Positions 39,487 through 50,324 of a DNA stretch of 64,000 bases are shown here, in pieces. The notes under the pieces are model-generated. The model saw only the letters and a program-made list of their open reading frames with translations, was not told where the DNA came from and did not search any database. Numbering within the stretch: the stretch's first letter is position 1; each line of letters opens with the position of its first letter. Both the position numbers and the translations under genes were made by a program. Source of the DNA: an uncultured Candidatus Saccharibacteria bacterium (GTDB lineage: Bacteria; Patescibacteriota; Minisyncoccia; Phycocordibacterales; UBA9973); NCBI GenBank assembly GCA_964456475.1, contig CAYVZI010000006.1, positions 7,074-71,073 of the forward strand. The letters are read 5' to 3'.

Positions 39487-39699
39487 TTATTTTGCGCTCT
39501 TCTTAGAAGCTTTTTTTGTAGCACCCTTCACGATATCAAGCACTTTTCGGCCACGGTAGTGACCGCACGCTGTACAAACAGTGTGTGGTGGACGAAGTGT
39601 TCCACAGTGTGAACACTTAGAAAACGCCGCGCCTTTGAGGGCGTGATGACTTCGGCGATTTGCCGTATGAGCACGTGTGTGACGCATTCGAACTACCAT
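39487..39699 (-). CDS. rpmF: 50S ribosomal protein L32
   Basis: RRSHHAL...CSHCG...[13 protein letters not shown]. Confidence 0.93.
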   Translation of the reverse strand: MVVRMRHTRAHTANRRSHHALKGAAFSKCSHCGTLRPPHTVCTACGHYRGRKVLDIVKGATKKASKKSAK

Positions 39700-39750
39700 G
39701 CCGTGTATACTAGCAAAAAGCTATAAAAAAGCAAGGGTTTATAGAACTTC

Positions 39751-40362
39751 TTATTTTTTGACACCCTTTGTCTTCAAATCACCAAGGAAACTCATTCGAT
39801 GGATCGGCGTAACCCCATGTTTTTTGATAGCCAAATAGTGAGCCTCTGTGCCATAGCCTACATGTTGCTCAAATCCGTATTTCGGATAACGCTTCGCTAT
39901 CTTTGCCATATGCCGATCGCGTGTGACCTTGGCCACAATCGATGCGAGTGAAATTACTGATATTGTTTCGTCACCTTTGATGACTGTTTTCTGATTTTCA
40001 AACGAGGAAGGTGCATGAAGTGAACCATCAAGAAAAATCATATCAGTGGCTTCTATTTCCAAATCTTGGAGTGTAGCAAGAAGCGCTTTTTTTATAGAAT
40101 GAGAAATACCCTTACGATCGATTTCTCGAGCATCAATCATACATACAGAAAAAGCACACGCTCCTTCATTTTGCCAAGACTCAATTTGCTCAAACCATTT
40201 TTCACGTTGCTGTTTTGATAGTTGTTTGGAATCACGAAGTGGCAAAGTAAACCTACGCACTTTTGTCATAAATGATTTATCAAATATACAAAAAGCTCCA
40301 ACGGCTACCGGCCCGGCAATAGGCCCCCTCCCGACCTCGTCTATTCCGACAATTACTCCCAT
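39751..40362 (-). CDS. rnhB: ribonuclease HII
   Basis: GIDEVGRGPIAGPV, DSKQL, KGD, ASIVAKVTRD, GYGT. Start placed at MGVIVG. Confidence 0.95.
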   Translation of the reverse strand: MGVIVGIDEVGRGPIAGPVAVGAFCIFDKSFMTKVRRFTLPLRDSKQLSKQQREKWFEQIESWQNEGACAFSVCMIDAREIDRKGISHSIKKALLATLQDLEIEATDMIFLDGSLHAPSSFENQKTVIKGDETISVISLASIVAKVTRDRHMAKIAKRYPKYGFEQHVGYGTEAHYLAIKKHGVTPIHRMSFLGDLKTKGVKK

Positions 40363-40583
40363 ATTCCCAGTATAACAAAAGCCCACAAAAATGTGGGCTT
40401 AAAAAATACCTTCATCAAACACTTCAACGGTACAATTCCTCCTTTGGCCGGAAAATAAAATTAAACAAAGCGCCAAAAAAGCAGGATGCATAATAAAAAA
40501 AGTAATCTTTTATCATAATGTGCGTTTTAGTTATCTTAACTCTACTCCTTCCTATTGAAGTGTCAACAAAAGATCACTCAGTT

Positions 40584-41024
40584 TTAAACAGTTTTTTGCA
40601 GACAATTTCTTTGATATACAGAAAAGATCATTGTCAGATAATCACGTACTACTGTCTGCACATTATTAATGTACGACAAATCCACAATATGCAAAACCGA
40701 GCCATCACTCTTTGAATGATAAATACGGATATGCACTCGTGCGTCAGGAAAAAAATCAAATTCAGCTACTCTATTTTTATAGACGTCACGAGATACATAC
40801 AATCGAAAACCTCCAACAAATACTTGTATTGGATCTTTTTTTCGACCAACAAAGTCAATTTTTGATAATTTAAACGTGTTCTGTTTTTTGACAAGTACTG
40901 TATCCGCGCAGAGCCATGCTTTTTTTACATAGGCAAGAAATTCTTTCTTTCTTTCATCTATTGACCGTGTCGAACTTATATAATTTTCCATGGTGACAAT
41001 TTTTCTTACTCTAAAGCAAATCAT
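40584..41024 (-). CDS. hypothetical protein
   Basis: 146-aa ORF (start uncertain, possibly 40991); no motif recognised. Confidence 0.45.
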   Translation of the reverse strand: MICFRVRKIVTMENYISSTRSIDERKKEFLAYVKKAWLCADTVLVKKQNTFKLSKIDFVGRKKDPIQVFVGGFRLYVSRDVYKNRVAEFDFFPDARVHIRIYHSKSDGSVLHIVDLSYINNVQTVVRDYLTMIFSVYQRNCLQKTV

Positions 41025-41049
41025 TTTTTTGTCAAATGACGCTCGGCAC

Positions 41050-41058
41050 TGCTATACT
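41050..41058 (+). promoter_or_regulatory. extended -10 box immediately upstream of dnaE (near-leaderless)
   Basis: TGcTATACT ends 8 nt before ATG 41067. Confidence 0.6.
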
Positions 41059-41066
41059 CCTTTTAC

Positions 41067-44000
41067 ATGTCTTCCAAATTCGTACATCTACACACCCATT
41101 CCCACTATTCCCTCCTTGATGGCCTGACCAAGCTTGAAGAAATGGTCGACATCGCCAAGAAGAACAACCAGACGGCAATCGCTCTCACCGACCACGGCAA
41201 CATGTACGGCGCAATCGAGTTCTACAAAATTGCCAAAAAAGCCGGCATCAAACCAATCATTGGAGTCGAAGCATACATGACTTCCGGCTCTCGTCTCGAA
41301 AAAAGTTCCGAGACTGGGCAGAAGCGCTATTATCACCTTATTCTTCTCGCAAAGAATCTACAGGGTTACAAAAACTTAATGCGTCTGGTAACAATAGCCA
41401 ACCTTGAAGGTTACTATTACAAACCTCGCATAGACAAAGAAATCCTCCGTCAATATCACGAAGGTATTATTGCTCTATCTGGTTGCATGGGTGGAGAACT
41501 TTCGCAGACACTTCTCGGAAACGATTTGGAAAAAGCAGACCTACTCGTCGCCGAATATCAAGACATTTTCGGCAAAGAAAATTATTTTATCGAAATTCAA
41601 GCACACCCTACAATAGAGCGTGATGCGGAACTCCGCGAAAAGCTTGTCACACTTGCAAAGAAGCACGACATCACCGTCGTTGCGACCCAAGATTCTCACT
41701 ATCCCTGCAAGGACGACCACGAGGCACACAACACACTTCTTCAAGTCAACACACAAGGCGATGGAGCAAACTCAGGAAAATTTGAATTTTCCAAAGACGA
41801 CTTTTCACTCATCGATGAGCGAACCGCGCTCGAATACTTCAGCGACGTACCGGAGTCTGTCACCAACACTTCCATCGTTGCCGACATGTGCGAGGATTAC
41901 GAAATCGAACTTGGTGTCGCCTACTTCCCCGACTTTCCACTTGAAAATGGCATAACATCTGACGAAAAACTCAAAGAACTCGCATACGAAGGATTCTCTT
42001 TCCGCGATCTTGAGCAATCGAAACCGTATATCGACCGTCTCGAATACGAACTCAGTGTCATCAAACAAAAAGGATACGCCGGGTATTTCTTGGTGGTGGG
42101 AGATCTCCTCCGCTTCGCGCGCGAAAATGGAATTCTCACAAACATTCGAGGATCGGTCGCGGGCTCGCTTACTACGTACCTCCTTGGTATTACCAACGTT
42201 GATCCACTCGTTTACAAACTCCCGTTCGAACGCTTCCTCAACCCCGAACGTCCTTCACTTCCCGATATCGATATGGACTACGCCGACAACAGACGTGGCG
42301 AAATGATTGAATACGCCAAACAGAAATACGGTGCCGATCGTGTTGCTCAAATCGGAACGTTTGGAACCATGATGGCCAAAGGTTCGGTCAAAGACGTTGC
42401 TCGTGCACTCGGCTATCCGTACGCAATTGGCGATCGACTCTCGGCAATGATTCCACTTGGCTCACAAGGAATGCCGATGACAATCAAGCACGCCATGGAA
42501 ATGGTGGATGAACTCACCGAAGCCTACAAAAAAGAACCAGACACTAAGCGCATCATTGATCTCGCAAAGAAATTGGAAGGCTGTGTTCGCCATGTCTCAG
42601 TCCATGCGGCCGGTGTGGTAATCGCACCAAAACCGCTCTACGAATTCTCACCGATTCAACTCGATCCAAAAGGCGGAAGTATCATCACGCAGTACGACAT
42701 GCACTACATCGAAGATGTGGGCTTACCAAAATTCGACTTCCTTGGAATTCGCAACCTTGCGATTCTTGCCGACGCCGTGCGTTTGGTAAAAATAATTCGC
42801 GACGTCGATGTAAACCTCGACCGTGTTCCACTCGAAGACAAGAAGACATTCGAAATGCTTGCCAAAGGCGAGACAATGGGACTCTTCCAGTTGAATGGAT
42901 CCGGTATGACCACGTACCTCAAACAATTGAAGCCGACGACGATTTTCGATATCAATGCGATGGTGGCACTCTATCGTCCAGGTCCGATGGAAATGATTCC
43001 CGAATATATCAAACGCAAACACGACAATTCACTCGTGCGATATCTCGATCCACGAATGCGCGATATTCTCGACCAATCATTCGGTGTTATCACCTACCAG
43101 GACGATGTCATGATGATTGCGATTAAGCTCGCCGGTTATTCATGGCTCGAAGCCGACAAACTCCGTAAGGCGATGGGAAAAAAGATTCCGGCCGAAATGC
43201 AGGCGCAAAAAGAAAAGTTGCTTGTCGGTTTCGTAGAAAACGGACTCTCAAAAGAAAAAGCTCAACAACTCTGGGAGCTCATTGAGCCATTCGCCGCGTA
43301 CGGATTCAACAAAGCACACGCAGCAAGCTACGGACGTGTGGCATACCAGACGGCCTACATGAAGGCCAACTTCCCTGTCGAATATATCTGCGCCATCCTC
43401 ACCGCGGAATCAGGTGATGTAGAAAAAGTTGCCGAAATCATCGCTGAAGCCGTGAAAATGGGTATCACTGTGCTTCCACCAGAAATCAACGCGAGTGAAC
43501 GCGACTTTACTGTGGTCAACAATTCAAACACTCCGGGCGAAGGCGTGATTCGTTTCGGCTTGCTTACGATCAAGAATTTCGGATCCGATATCGCCGACGC
43601 AATCATTGCAGAACGAAAAATGCACGGACCATTCAAATCTATTACCGAATTTCTTGAACGTATCACTCACAAAAATCTCAACAAAAAATCGCTCGAAGCA
43701 CTCGTAAAGTGTGGAGCGATGGACAATTTCGGTGAACGCGGAAAGCTTCTTGCCAACATGGAAACAATGCTCGCCTACAACAAAGAACGACAAAATGTCG
43801 GCTCACAAGTATCGCTCTTCGGCGAAATGCCTGAACAGCAAATCTCACTCACGCTCGCCGACGCACCCGAAGCTGAAAAGATTGAGAAACTCAAATGGGA
43901 AAAGGAGTTGCTTGGATTGTACGTATCCGGACACCCACTCGACCGTATCCGTGACCGTATCGAGAAGAACGGTATCACCATCAAGAAAATCCGTGAAGAA

Positions 44001-44255
44001 ATGCAATCCGGATTCCCGGCCACATTCGCCTGCATGATTGAAGAAGTCAAAGTGCACATCACCAAGACCAACGAACGCATGGCCTTCATCAAAGTCGGCG
44101 ACCTCACCGGCACAATTGAAGGTGTAGTGTTTACGAAGTCATTCGTCGAGCTCCAGCCAATACTCGTCGTTGATACGATTGTCGCAGTCCAAGCCCGCGT
44201 CAGCGAACGCAATGGGGAGAAAAGTCTCATCATCGAAAAAGCCAAAGCGGTATAA
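41067..44255 (+). CDS. dnaE: DNA polymerase III alpha subunit
   Basis: PHP domain HLHTHSHYSLLDG, RGS, PDIDMD, KFDFLG, YGFNKAHAASY, OB fold. Confidence 0.98.
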   Translation: MSSKFVHLHTHSHYSLLDGLTKLEEMVDIAKKNNQTAIALTDHGNMYGAIEFYKIAKKAGIKPIIGVEAYMTSGSRLEKSSETGQKRYYHLILLAKNLQGYKNLMRLVTIANLEGYYYKPRIDKEILRQYHEGIIALSGCMGGELSQTLLGNDLEKADLLVAEYQDIFGKENYFIEIQAHPTIERDAELREKLVTLAKKHDITVVATQDSHYPCKDDHEAHNTLLQVNTQGDGANSGKFEFSKDDFSLIDERTALEYFSDVPESVTNTSIVADMCEDYEIELGVAYFPDFPLENGITSDEKLKELAYEGFSFRDLEQSKPYIDRLEYELSVIKQKGYAGYFLVVGDLLRFARENGILTNIRGSVAGSLTTYLLGITNVDPLVYKLPFERFLNPERPSLPDIDMDYADNRRGEMIEYAKQKYGADRVAQIGTFGTMMAKGSVKDVARALGYPYAIGDRLSAMIPLGSQGMPMTIKHAMEMVDELTEAYKKEPDTKRIIDLAKKLEGCVRHVSVHAAGVVIAPKPLYEFSPIQLDPKGGSIITQYDMHYIEDVGLPKFDFLGIRNLAILADAVRLVKIIRDVDVNLDRVPLEDKKTFEMLAKGETMGLFQLNGSGMTTYLKQLKPTTIFDINAMVALYRPGPMEMIPEYIKRKHDNSLVRYLDPRMRDILDQSFGVITYQDDVMMIAIKLAGYSWLEADKLRKAMGKKIPAEMQAQKEKLLVGFVENGLSKEKAQQLWELIEPFAAYGFNKAHAASYGRVAYQTAYMKANFPVEYICAILTAESGDVEKVAEIIAEAVKMGITVLPPEINASERDFTVVNNSNTPGEGVIRFGLLTIKNFGSDIADAIIAERKMHGPFKSITEFLERITHKNLNKKSLEALVKCGAMDNFGERGKLLANMETMLAYNKERQNVGSQVSLFGEMPEQQISLTLADAPEAEKIEKLKWEKELLGLYVSGHPLDRIRDRIEKNGITIKKIREEMQSGFPATFACMIEEVKVHITKTNERMAFIKVGDLTGTIEGVVFTKSFVELQPILVVDTIVAVQARVSERNGEKSLIIEKAKAV

Positions 44256-44289
44256 AAAATACCCATGCCGTTTCCGGCATGGGTATTTT
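44256..44289. terminator. bidirectional intrinsic terminator
   Basis: aaaatacccatgccg-tttc-cggcatgggtatttt between convergent genes. Confidence 0.8.
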
Positions 44290-44725
44290 AAAATCCAACT
44301 AATGAAACCCTTGGAAGGTCAACACCCTTTCGAGCAAAATCTAATACGTAATTCCTATCTTGTTCGTGGATAAGATTAGAGTATTGATAATAAATCTCTC
44401 TTCGTGCTGAAGGCACGAGATGTTTTTTGTGAAGTGCGGTAAAGATTGCTTTATGGCAAAGGGTCAATTCTTGTGTTTTACTCAAACACTCCGCGAGGGA
44501 TATCAAATCGTCACAAGTACAAAGATCGCTTGCAAGAAATCCCATAAAAGCATCGTACTGTTCTTCACCTTCTTTACTTAAAATTGTTCGAAACATTCGT
44601 TCACGCAAAGCAGAGATACTAACCTTTTCGATAAATGAAGCTTTCATTCGTTTTTCCATTCTTTGAAAATGAAGGAAGAAGTAAACAAGAATCATGCCGA
44701 GAATAACAACAATTGCTTTTTCCAT
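44288..44725 (-). CDS. hypothetical protein with an N-terminal TM
   Basis: 145-aa ORF. Confidence 0.55.
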   Translation of the reverse strand: MEKAIVVILGMILVYFFLHFQRMEKRMKASFIEKVSISALRERMFRTILSKEGEEQYDAFMGFLASDLCTCDDLISLAECLSKTQELTLCHKAIFTALHKKHLVPSARREIYYQYSNLIHEQDRNYVLDFARKGVDLPRVSLVGF

Positions 44726-44791
44726 AAGAATGATATTTTTAACACTATACGACAGCTTTTAAATTCAAGCAACAGGTGTTAGAATTGCCGT

Positions 44792-46540
44792 ATGAACCAA
44801 GAACAACTATCCCACAATCGCCACACCCTCGCCCACCTTTTGGCCCAAGCGGCAAAAGCACAATTCCCCGATGCCAAGCTCACCTTGGGGCCTGCTATCG
44901 ACAACGGTTTCTACTACGATATCGACTTTGGTGAGACCAAAATTGGTGATGACACCCTCAAAGATTTACAGACGTTCATGAGAAAGAATCTTTCGAAATG
45001 GACTGAATTCACCCATCGCGAAGTCACGGCTGACGAAGCAAAAGAAATCTTCGCCGATAACGAATACAAACTCGAACTCATCAACGAGATCACCGAACGC
45101 GGAGAAAAAATCACATTATACACTTGTGGTGGCTTTGAAGATCTTTGCCGTGGCGGTCATGCCGAAAATCCTGCAAAAGAAATCTCTGCCGACTCATTTA
45201 AACTCGATCGTGTAGCCGGCGCATACTGGCGCGGTGATGAGAAGAACAAAATGCTCACTCGCATTTACGGACTCGCATTCGCAACAGCCGAAGAACTGGA
45301 TGTTTATCTTACACAACGCGAAGAAGCCAAGAAACGCGACCACAAGAAACTCGGGATAGAACTCGACCTCTTTACCTTTTCAGAACTCGTTGGACCAGGT
45401 CTTCCCCTTTGGACTCCACGTGGAACAATCCTCCGACATACACTCGACAGTTATGTTTGGGAACTTCGCGAAGCACGCGGGTATGAACGAGTAGAAATTC
45501 CTCATGTCACAAAAAAAGATTTGTATGAAAAGAGTGGTCACTGGGAAAAATACAAAGATGATCTTTTCCGCATTACCACACGTGAAGGACACGAATTCGC
45601 AATGAAGCCAATGAACTGTCCTCACCACACTCAGATTTACGATCGCAAACAGTGGAGCTATCGAGAACTTCCTCAGCGATATGCCAATACCACAACCTGC
45701 TACCGTGACGAGCAATCAGGTGAACTCTCAGGACTCTCCCGTGTACGCGCCTTTGCACAAGACGATGCTCACGTATTCTGTCGTATGAGTGATGCCAAGG
45801 GTGAATTCATGAAGGTTTGGGATATTATCGAAACATTCTACAAGACATTTGGATTCGAACTCAAAGTTCGAATCTCAACACATGACCCAGAACATCCGGA
45901 AAAATATCTCGGAGACAAAGACCGCTGGGCAATGGCTGAATCAATGCTTGCTGAAATTGCACAAGAACGCGGAGTTCCAACAATTTCCGGAGTTGGCGAA
46001 GCAGCATTCTACGGACCCAAGCTCGACTTTATGGCCAACGATGCAATCGGCCGACAATGGCAAGTGGCTACAATTCAGCTCGACATGAACCAACCAGAGC
46101 GTTTTGATCTTACTTGTGTAAACGAAAAAGGCGAAAAGGAACGCATCGTGATGATTCACGCCGCAATCATGGGCTCACTTGAACGCTTCATGTCTATCAT
46201 GATCGAACATCTTGCCGGAAACTTCCCTGTTTGGCTTGCACCACAACAAATCACCATCGTTCCAGTCTTGGAAAATCACAATGACTATGCTTTTGAAATT
46301 TTGAATGTTCTCAAAGAGCACGGCATTCGTGCAAAAGTAGATGCGACAAATGAATCTCTTGGCAAACGCATTCGCGGAGCGAAAACAATGAAAATCCCAT
46401 ACGTCATCGTAGTTGGCGACAAAGAAAAAGATTCACAAACTCTCACCGTCGAAACTCGCGGTGACAAACTTGAAGGAATCACCCTCGAAGACTTTACAAA
46501 TCGGCTTCAAAATGAAATAGTGAATCGAATCTTAAATTAA
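44792..46540 (+). CDS. thrS: threonyl-tRNA synthetase (no TGS domain)
   Basis: DLCRGGH, RDHKKLG, KPMNCPHH, GEAAFYGPK, MIHAAIMGSLERF. Confidence 0.98.
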   Translation: MNQEQLSHNRHTLAHLLAQAAKAQFPDAKLTLGPAIDNGFYYDIDFGETKIGDDTLKDLQTFMRKNLSKWTEFTHREVTADEAKEIFADNEYKLELINEITERGEKITLYTCGGFEDLCRGGHAENPAKEISADSFKLDRVAGAYWRGDEKNKMLTRIYGLAFATAEELDVYLTQREEAKKRDHKKLGIELDLFTFSELVGPGLPLWTPRGTILRHTLDSYVWELREARGYERVEIPHVTKKDLYEKSGHWEKYKDDLFRITTREGHEFAMKPMNCPHHTQIYDRKQWSYRELPQRYANTTTCYRDEQSGELSGLSRVRAFAQDDAHVFCRMSDAKGEFMKVWDIIETFYKTFGFELKVRISTHDPEHPEKYLGDKDRWAMAESMLAEIAQERGVPTISGVGEAAFYGPKLDFMANDAIGRQWQVATIQLDMNQPERFDLTCVNEKGEKERIVMIHAAIMGSLERFMSIMIEHLAGNFPVWLAPQQITIVPVLENHNDYAFEILNVLKEHGIRAKVDATNESLGKRIRGAKTMKIPYVIVVGDKEKDSQTLTVETRGDKLEGITLEDFTNRLQNEIVNRILN

Positions 46541-46546
46541 TACATT

Positions 46547-47074
46547 ATGAAAGTTGTTATCGCCTCACAAAGTCCAGTCAAAAAAGCTGCGGTCGAAAAG
46601 GCTTTCGACATGCTGTATCCAAACACTCAAATCGAATTTATTTGTACAAAAGCCGACTCTGGCGTCAGTGATCAACCGAACTCTGACAGCGAAACACGCG
46701 AGGGAGCACTTGGTCGAATCAAGCATGCCAAAGAACTCCAACCTGACGCAGAAATATATCTTGCGCTTGAAGGAGGAATATGTGAAATGTATGGTGATAT
46801 GCACTGTTTCGGTTGGGTAGTTGCAGAATCAAATGGTAAACAAGGCTTCGGAAGAACTTTCTCGTTTGTCATTCCTCCAGGTCTTCATAAGCTCATGATT
46901 GAGAAAGGTCTCGAGCAAAGTCACGCCACCGACGAATTCTTTGCGACAACGGGAACCAAGACAGGTAATGGCCTCATCGGTCCTCTTACAAACAACGCCG
47001 TAACATATACTGACTGGTATATCCATGCTGTAGTTTCTGCCCTAGTGCCGATTCTAAATTCAAAACTGTATTAA
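46547..47074 (+). CDS. yjjX: inosine/xanthosine triphosphatase (YjjX/DUF84)
   Basis: ASQSPVKKAAV, SGVSDQP, ETREGALGR, ALEGG, GLIGPLTN. Confidence 0.85.
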   Translation: MKVVIASQSPVKKAAVEKAFDMLYPNTQIEFICTKADSGVSDQPNSDSETREGALGRIKHAKELQPDAEIYLALEGGICEMYGDMHCFGWVVAESNGKQGFGRTFSFVIPPGLHKLMIEKGLEQSHATDEFFATTGTKTGNGLIGPLTNNAVTYTDWYIHAVVSALVPILNSKLY

Positions 47075-47099
47075 AAAACCGCTCGTAAGAGCGGTTTTT
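47074..47099. terminator. bidirectional intrinsic terminator
   Basis: aaaaaccgctc-gtaa-gagcggttttt. Confidence 0.8.
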
Positions 47100-47119
47100 G
47101 CTTTGCTTTTTAACTTATT

Positions 47120-47584
47120 TTATTTCAGATAGACAATTTCAATTCCCAGCTTGAGCGCTTGATTATGTTCCCAACATGCACCGACTGAAGATTCCCAATC
47201 CGGCAAAAAATAAAATATTTTAATTAGACCAGTTTCAAACAATGGCTGATAAAAATCAGTAAGAAGCATTGTCGCATATTCTCCGTCCGGCACTTGGGCT
47301 TTAACTCGCCCCATTGGTTGCTCAAACGGCATTTGATCAAAAACATGTTTGCCTTCCGCCTGAAGGAAAACGATTGCCTCATTGAACGCGATAAGGTTCG
47401 CAAGTATTGATCCTCGTCCGCCCGTACTAATCGGTCCACACACTTGTCCGACTGGTTGTGGCATACGTTTCAGCACGCGAAGACCGATTGCCAGCATTTG
47501 AGGCATGTCTTCAGTCTGTTCGAGTTCAATCAAATCTTTCTCCGTCCAATATTGTCTTGTGTGGTTATTCAATTCCATAGGCAT
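47120..47584 (-). CDS. DUF4406-like (nucleoside deoxyribosyltransferase-like) protein
   Basis: VCGPIS...FLPDWESSVGACWEHNQALKLGI. Confidence 0.65.
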   Translation of the reverse strand: MPMELNNHTRQYWTEKDLIELEQTEDMPQMLAIGLRVLKRMPQPVGQVCGPISTGGRGSILANLIAFNEAIVFLQAEGKHVFDQMPFEQPMGRVKAQVPDGEYATMLLTDFYQPLFETGLIKIFYFLPDWESSVGACWEHNQALKLGIEIVYLK

Positions 47585-48005
47585 ACTTCATACAAAAATC
47601 TTCGTCGGGGATAAGATCAAGTTTTAAGGCATCGAGAGGTGCAATCCATCGATACTCATCGTGTTCGCCGTCATTTATTACGACTGCTGGAAAAGCAGAA
47701 AAATCCATTTTGAAATAGTGATACACAAAATCATAATCAGGATATCGAACATAAAACGTCTGTATTTTTTGCAAAGAATCTTTTGGAAGCGTACAACTCG
47801 TCTCTTGAAGAACCTCTCGACAGACAGCTTGTACGATATCTCCATTATCTTCTTCGTCTACTTTGCCTGCAGGAATACCCCACGAACCGCCTTGCGGTTT
47901 GTGGGACTGTCGATGAAGGAGAAGAATTTTCCCGTCGCACTCAAGCAAACAACCAGCAACAATAAATTTTGGATTAAAATCTTGAGGTTGTTCGAGTGTA
48001 ACCAT
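47565..48005 (-). CDS. NUDIX hydrolase
   Basis: WGIPAGKVDE...AVCREVLQET, EHDEYRWI. Confidence 0.85.
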   Translation of the reverse strand: MVTLEQPQDFNPKFIVAGCLLECDGKILLLHRQSHKPQGGSWGIPAGKVDEEDNGDIVQAVCREVLQETSCTLPKDSLQKIQTFYVRYPDYDFVYHYFKMDFSAFPAVVINDGEHDEYRWIAPLDALKLDLIPDEDFCMKYAYGIE

Positions 48006-48022
48006 ATAATTGTATATATCAT

Positions 48023-48148
48023 TAAAACTTTCAGAGATGGATGCAATTCAAGGCGTAAACGAAGTTCGTGACCAAAATGTACTGAGACGTACATTGCGGG
48101 AATGAACTGAGTGCAACAACGCGGAAGTGCGCCATCTATGAAGTTTTA
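48023..48148 (+). mobile_element. about 126-bp palindromic MITE-like element, copy 2
   Basis: TIRs taaaactttcagagatgg / ccatctatgaagtttta, central aatgtac-tgagac-gtacatt stem; homologous to 9049-9171. Confidence 0.7.
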
Positions 48149-50215
48149 AATATCGATGTCGGCGGTTTTGGCGTAAGTCTGGATAAAGCTCTTTCGTGGT
48201 GCAACTTCACTTCCCATCAACATATCAAACACTCGATCTGCTTCCGCTGCGTCTTCGATCATTACTTGTTTCAAGATACGACGACCCGGATCCATAGTTG
48301 TTTCCCAGAGTTCCTCTGAGTTCATTTCTCCGAGACCCTTATATCGCTGAATATGAATTTTTGGTGTCTTCTTTGCAGCGCCTTTTTCCTCTACCTCTTC
48401 AACGTCGCCTTCTTGTTCACCAGCTCCATCTGCTTCAGCACGAGCAATCATTTCATCAAGACTTTCATCGGTGTCCCCCACGATTTTGAGTTTTTCTTCA
48501 TCGGTATAACAGTAATGAATTTCTTTACCCTTCTTTATTTTATACAGTGGCGGTTGAGCAATGTAGATAAATCCTCCATCGATGAGTGGTCGGAAATAGC
48601 GATAGAAGAGCGTGAGGATGAGCGTACTGATGTGCGCGCCGTCCACGTCCGCATCTGTTGCAATAATGACTTTGTGGTAACGAAGTTTTGAAATATCAAA
48701 TGTGTCGCCAATCGCAGTACCGAGTGCCACCACAAGGTTTCGAATCTGTTCTGAGGCAAGCATTTTGTCGAGACGTGCACGTTCGATGTTGAGGATCTTT
48801 CCACGGAGTGGAAGAATCGCTTGAGTACGACGATCTCGTCCAGTCTTTGCAGTACCTCCCGCGGAATCTCCCTCCACAATGAAGATTTCTGATTCTTCAG
48901 CGCTCTTTGTCTGACAGTCGGCAAGCTTTCCCGGAAGTGTCATGCCTTCCATCGCGCCCTTGCGAAGGACTGAATCTTTTGCAGCTTTCGCAGCTTTGCG
49001 CGCGCGAACTGCGAGGATTACCTTGTTGATGATAGCCTTTGCCTCATCTGGATGCTCTTCAAGAAATGCTCCAAATGATTCGCCGAATACGGTCGCCACA
49101 GCTCCCTGCGCTTCAGGTGAACCGAGTTTTCCTTTGGTCTGTCCTTCGAATTGAATTTCGCGAAGTTTTACAGACACAACCACAGTGAGACCTTCGAGTA
49201 CGTCGTCTCCAGTAAATGCGCCGTCAGCTTCTTTGATAAATCCTTCTTTCTTCGCATAGTTATTGAGTGTGCGAGTGAGCGCCATCTTGAATCCGGTGAT
49301 ATGCGTTCCACCTTCCGGGTTATAGATATTGTTCGCGTACGCCACAATCTTTGCCGACATATCATCGGTATATTGCAACGCGAGTTCCACGAACACATTG
49401 TCTTGTTCCTTTTCAATATAGTAGATACTATCGTGGATCGGCTTCTGCGAAAGGTTGTAGTACTTTACAAGAGACACAAGTCCTCCTTCGAAATAGAATG
49501 AGTAGTTTGGAAAATCGAGTCCAAGCTCGCTGAACCAATACACATCCTCGAGCTTCACTTTACCTTCAAGACCTCGTGCATCAATACAACGAATACGCAA
49601 ACCCTTTACAAGATATGCCTGTCCGCGGAAATGGTTGACGATTGTCTCCCAAACGAATTGCAAATCTTTAAAAATTTCTACATCAGGTTCAAATGTCACG
49701 ATTGTTCCGTGGAGCTTTGAACTACCGATTTTTTTGACAGCAGCTTTTTTCTTTCCTTGTGAATATTCCTGCATGTGGATACCACCATCACGATGCACCA
49801 CGACTTGTGTGTAGATTGAAAGCGCGTTCACCACAGATGCTCCCACACCGTGAAGTCCTCCAGAAACTTTATATCCTTCTCCACCGAATTTTCCTCCAGC
49901 GTGAAGAGTAGTCATAACAGTTTCAAGTGCAGACACCTTTGTCTTTGAGTGAACGTCTACTGGAATTCCACGACCGTTGTCGGCGATGCGAATGCGATTA
50001 CCAGGAAGCAGCACTGCTTCAATTTCGTTTGCATATCCGCCCATGGCTTCATCGCGAGAGTTGTCGAAAATTTCCCACACCAAGTGGTGCAAGCCTTCGA
50101 TACCTGTTCCTCCGATGTACATTCCGGGACGCTTTCGTACCGGTTCGAGCCCTTCAAGGACTGAAATGTCTTCAGCACTATATGCTCCCTCTGCTCGTTT
50201 TTTTGTATCAGCCAT
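48146..50215 (-). CDS. gyrB: DNA gyrase subunit B
   Basis: RKRPGMYIG, DNGRGIP, SGGLHGVGASVVNALS, VEGDSAGG, TDADVDG, QRYKGLGEMN. Confidence 0.96.
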   Translation of the reverse strand: MADTKKRAEGAYSAEDISVLEGLEPVRKRPGMYIGGTGIEGLHHLVWEIFDNSRDEAMGGYANEIEAVLLPGNRIRIADNGRGIPVDVHSKTKVSALETVMTTLHAGGKFGGEGYKVSGGLHGVGASVVNALSIYTQVVVHRDGGIHMQEYSQGKKKAAVKKIGSSKLHGTIVTFEPDVEIFKDLQFVWETIVNHFRGQAYLVKGLRIRCIDARGLEGKVKLEDVYWFSELGLDFPNYSFYFEGGLVSLVKYYNLSQKPIHDSIYYIEKEQDNVFVELALQYTDDMSAKIVAYANNIYNPEGGTHITGFKMALTRTLNNYAKKEGFIKEADGAFTGDDVLEGLTVVVSVKLREIQFEGQTKGKLGSPEAQGAVATVFGESFGAFLEEHPDEAKAIINKVILAVRARKAAKAAKDSVLRKGAMEGMTLPGKLADCQTKSAEESEIFIVEGDSAGGTAKTGRDRRTQAILPLRGKILNIERARLDKMLASEQIRNLVVALGTAIGDTFDISKLRYHKVIIATDADVDGAHISTLILTLFYRYFRPLIDGGFIYIAQPPLYKIKKGKEIHYCYTDEEKLKIVGDTDESLDEMIARAEADGAGEQEGDVEEVEEKGAAKKTPKIHIQRYKGLGEMNSEELWETTMDPGRRILKQVMIEDAAEADRVFDMLMGSEVAPRKSFIQTYAKTADIDI

Positions 50216-50324
50216 GATTTTGAATAAAGATTAAAAAGCCCTTGTAATGTAAGGATAAAACACCTATTTCGTATAGGAGAATTATATCATATATTAGCTC
50301 GAAAAACGAGGGAAAAGCTAGAGT

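Noticed and set aside
40400-40516. Possible 30-aa ORFs upstream of rnhB
   Set aside because: Two competing short frames, neither with supporting signals.
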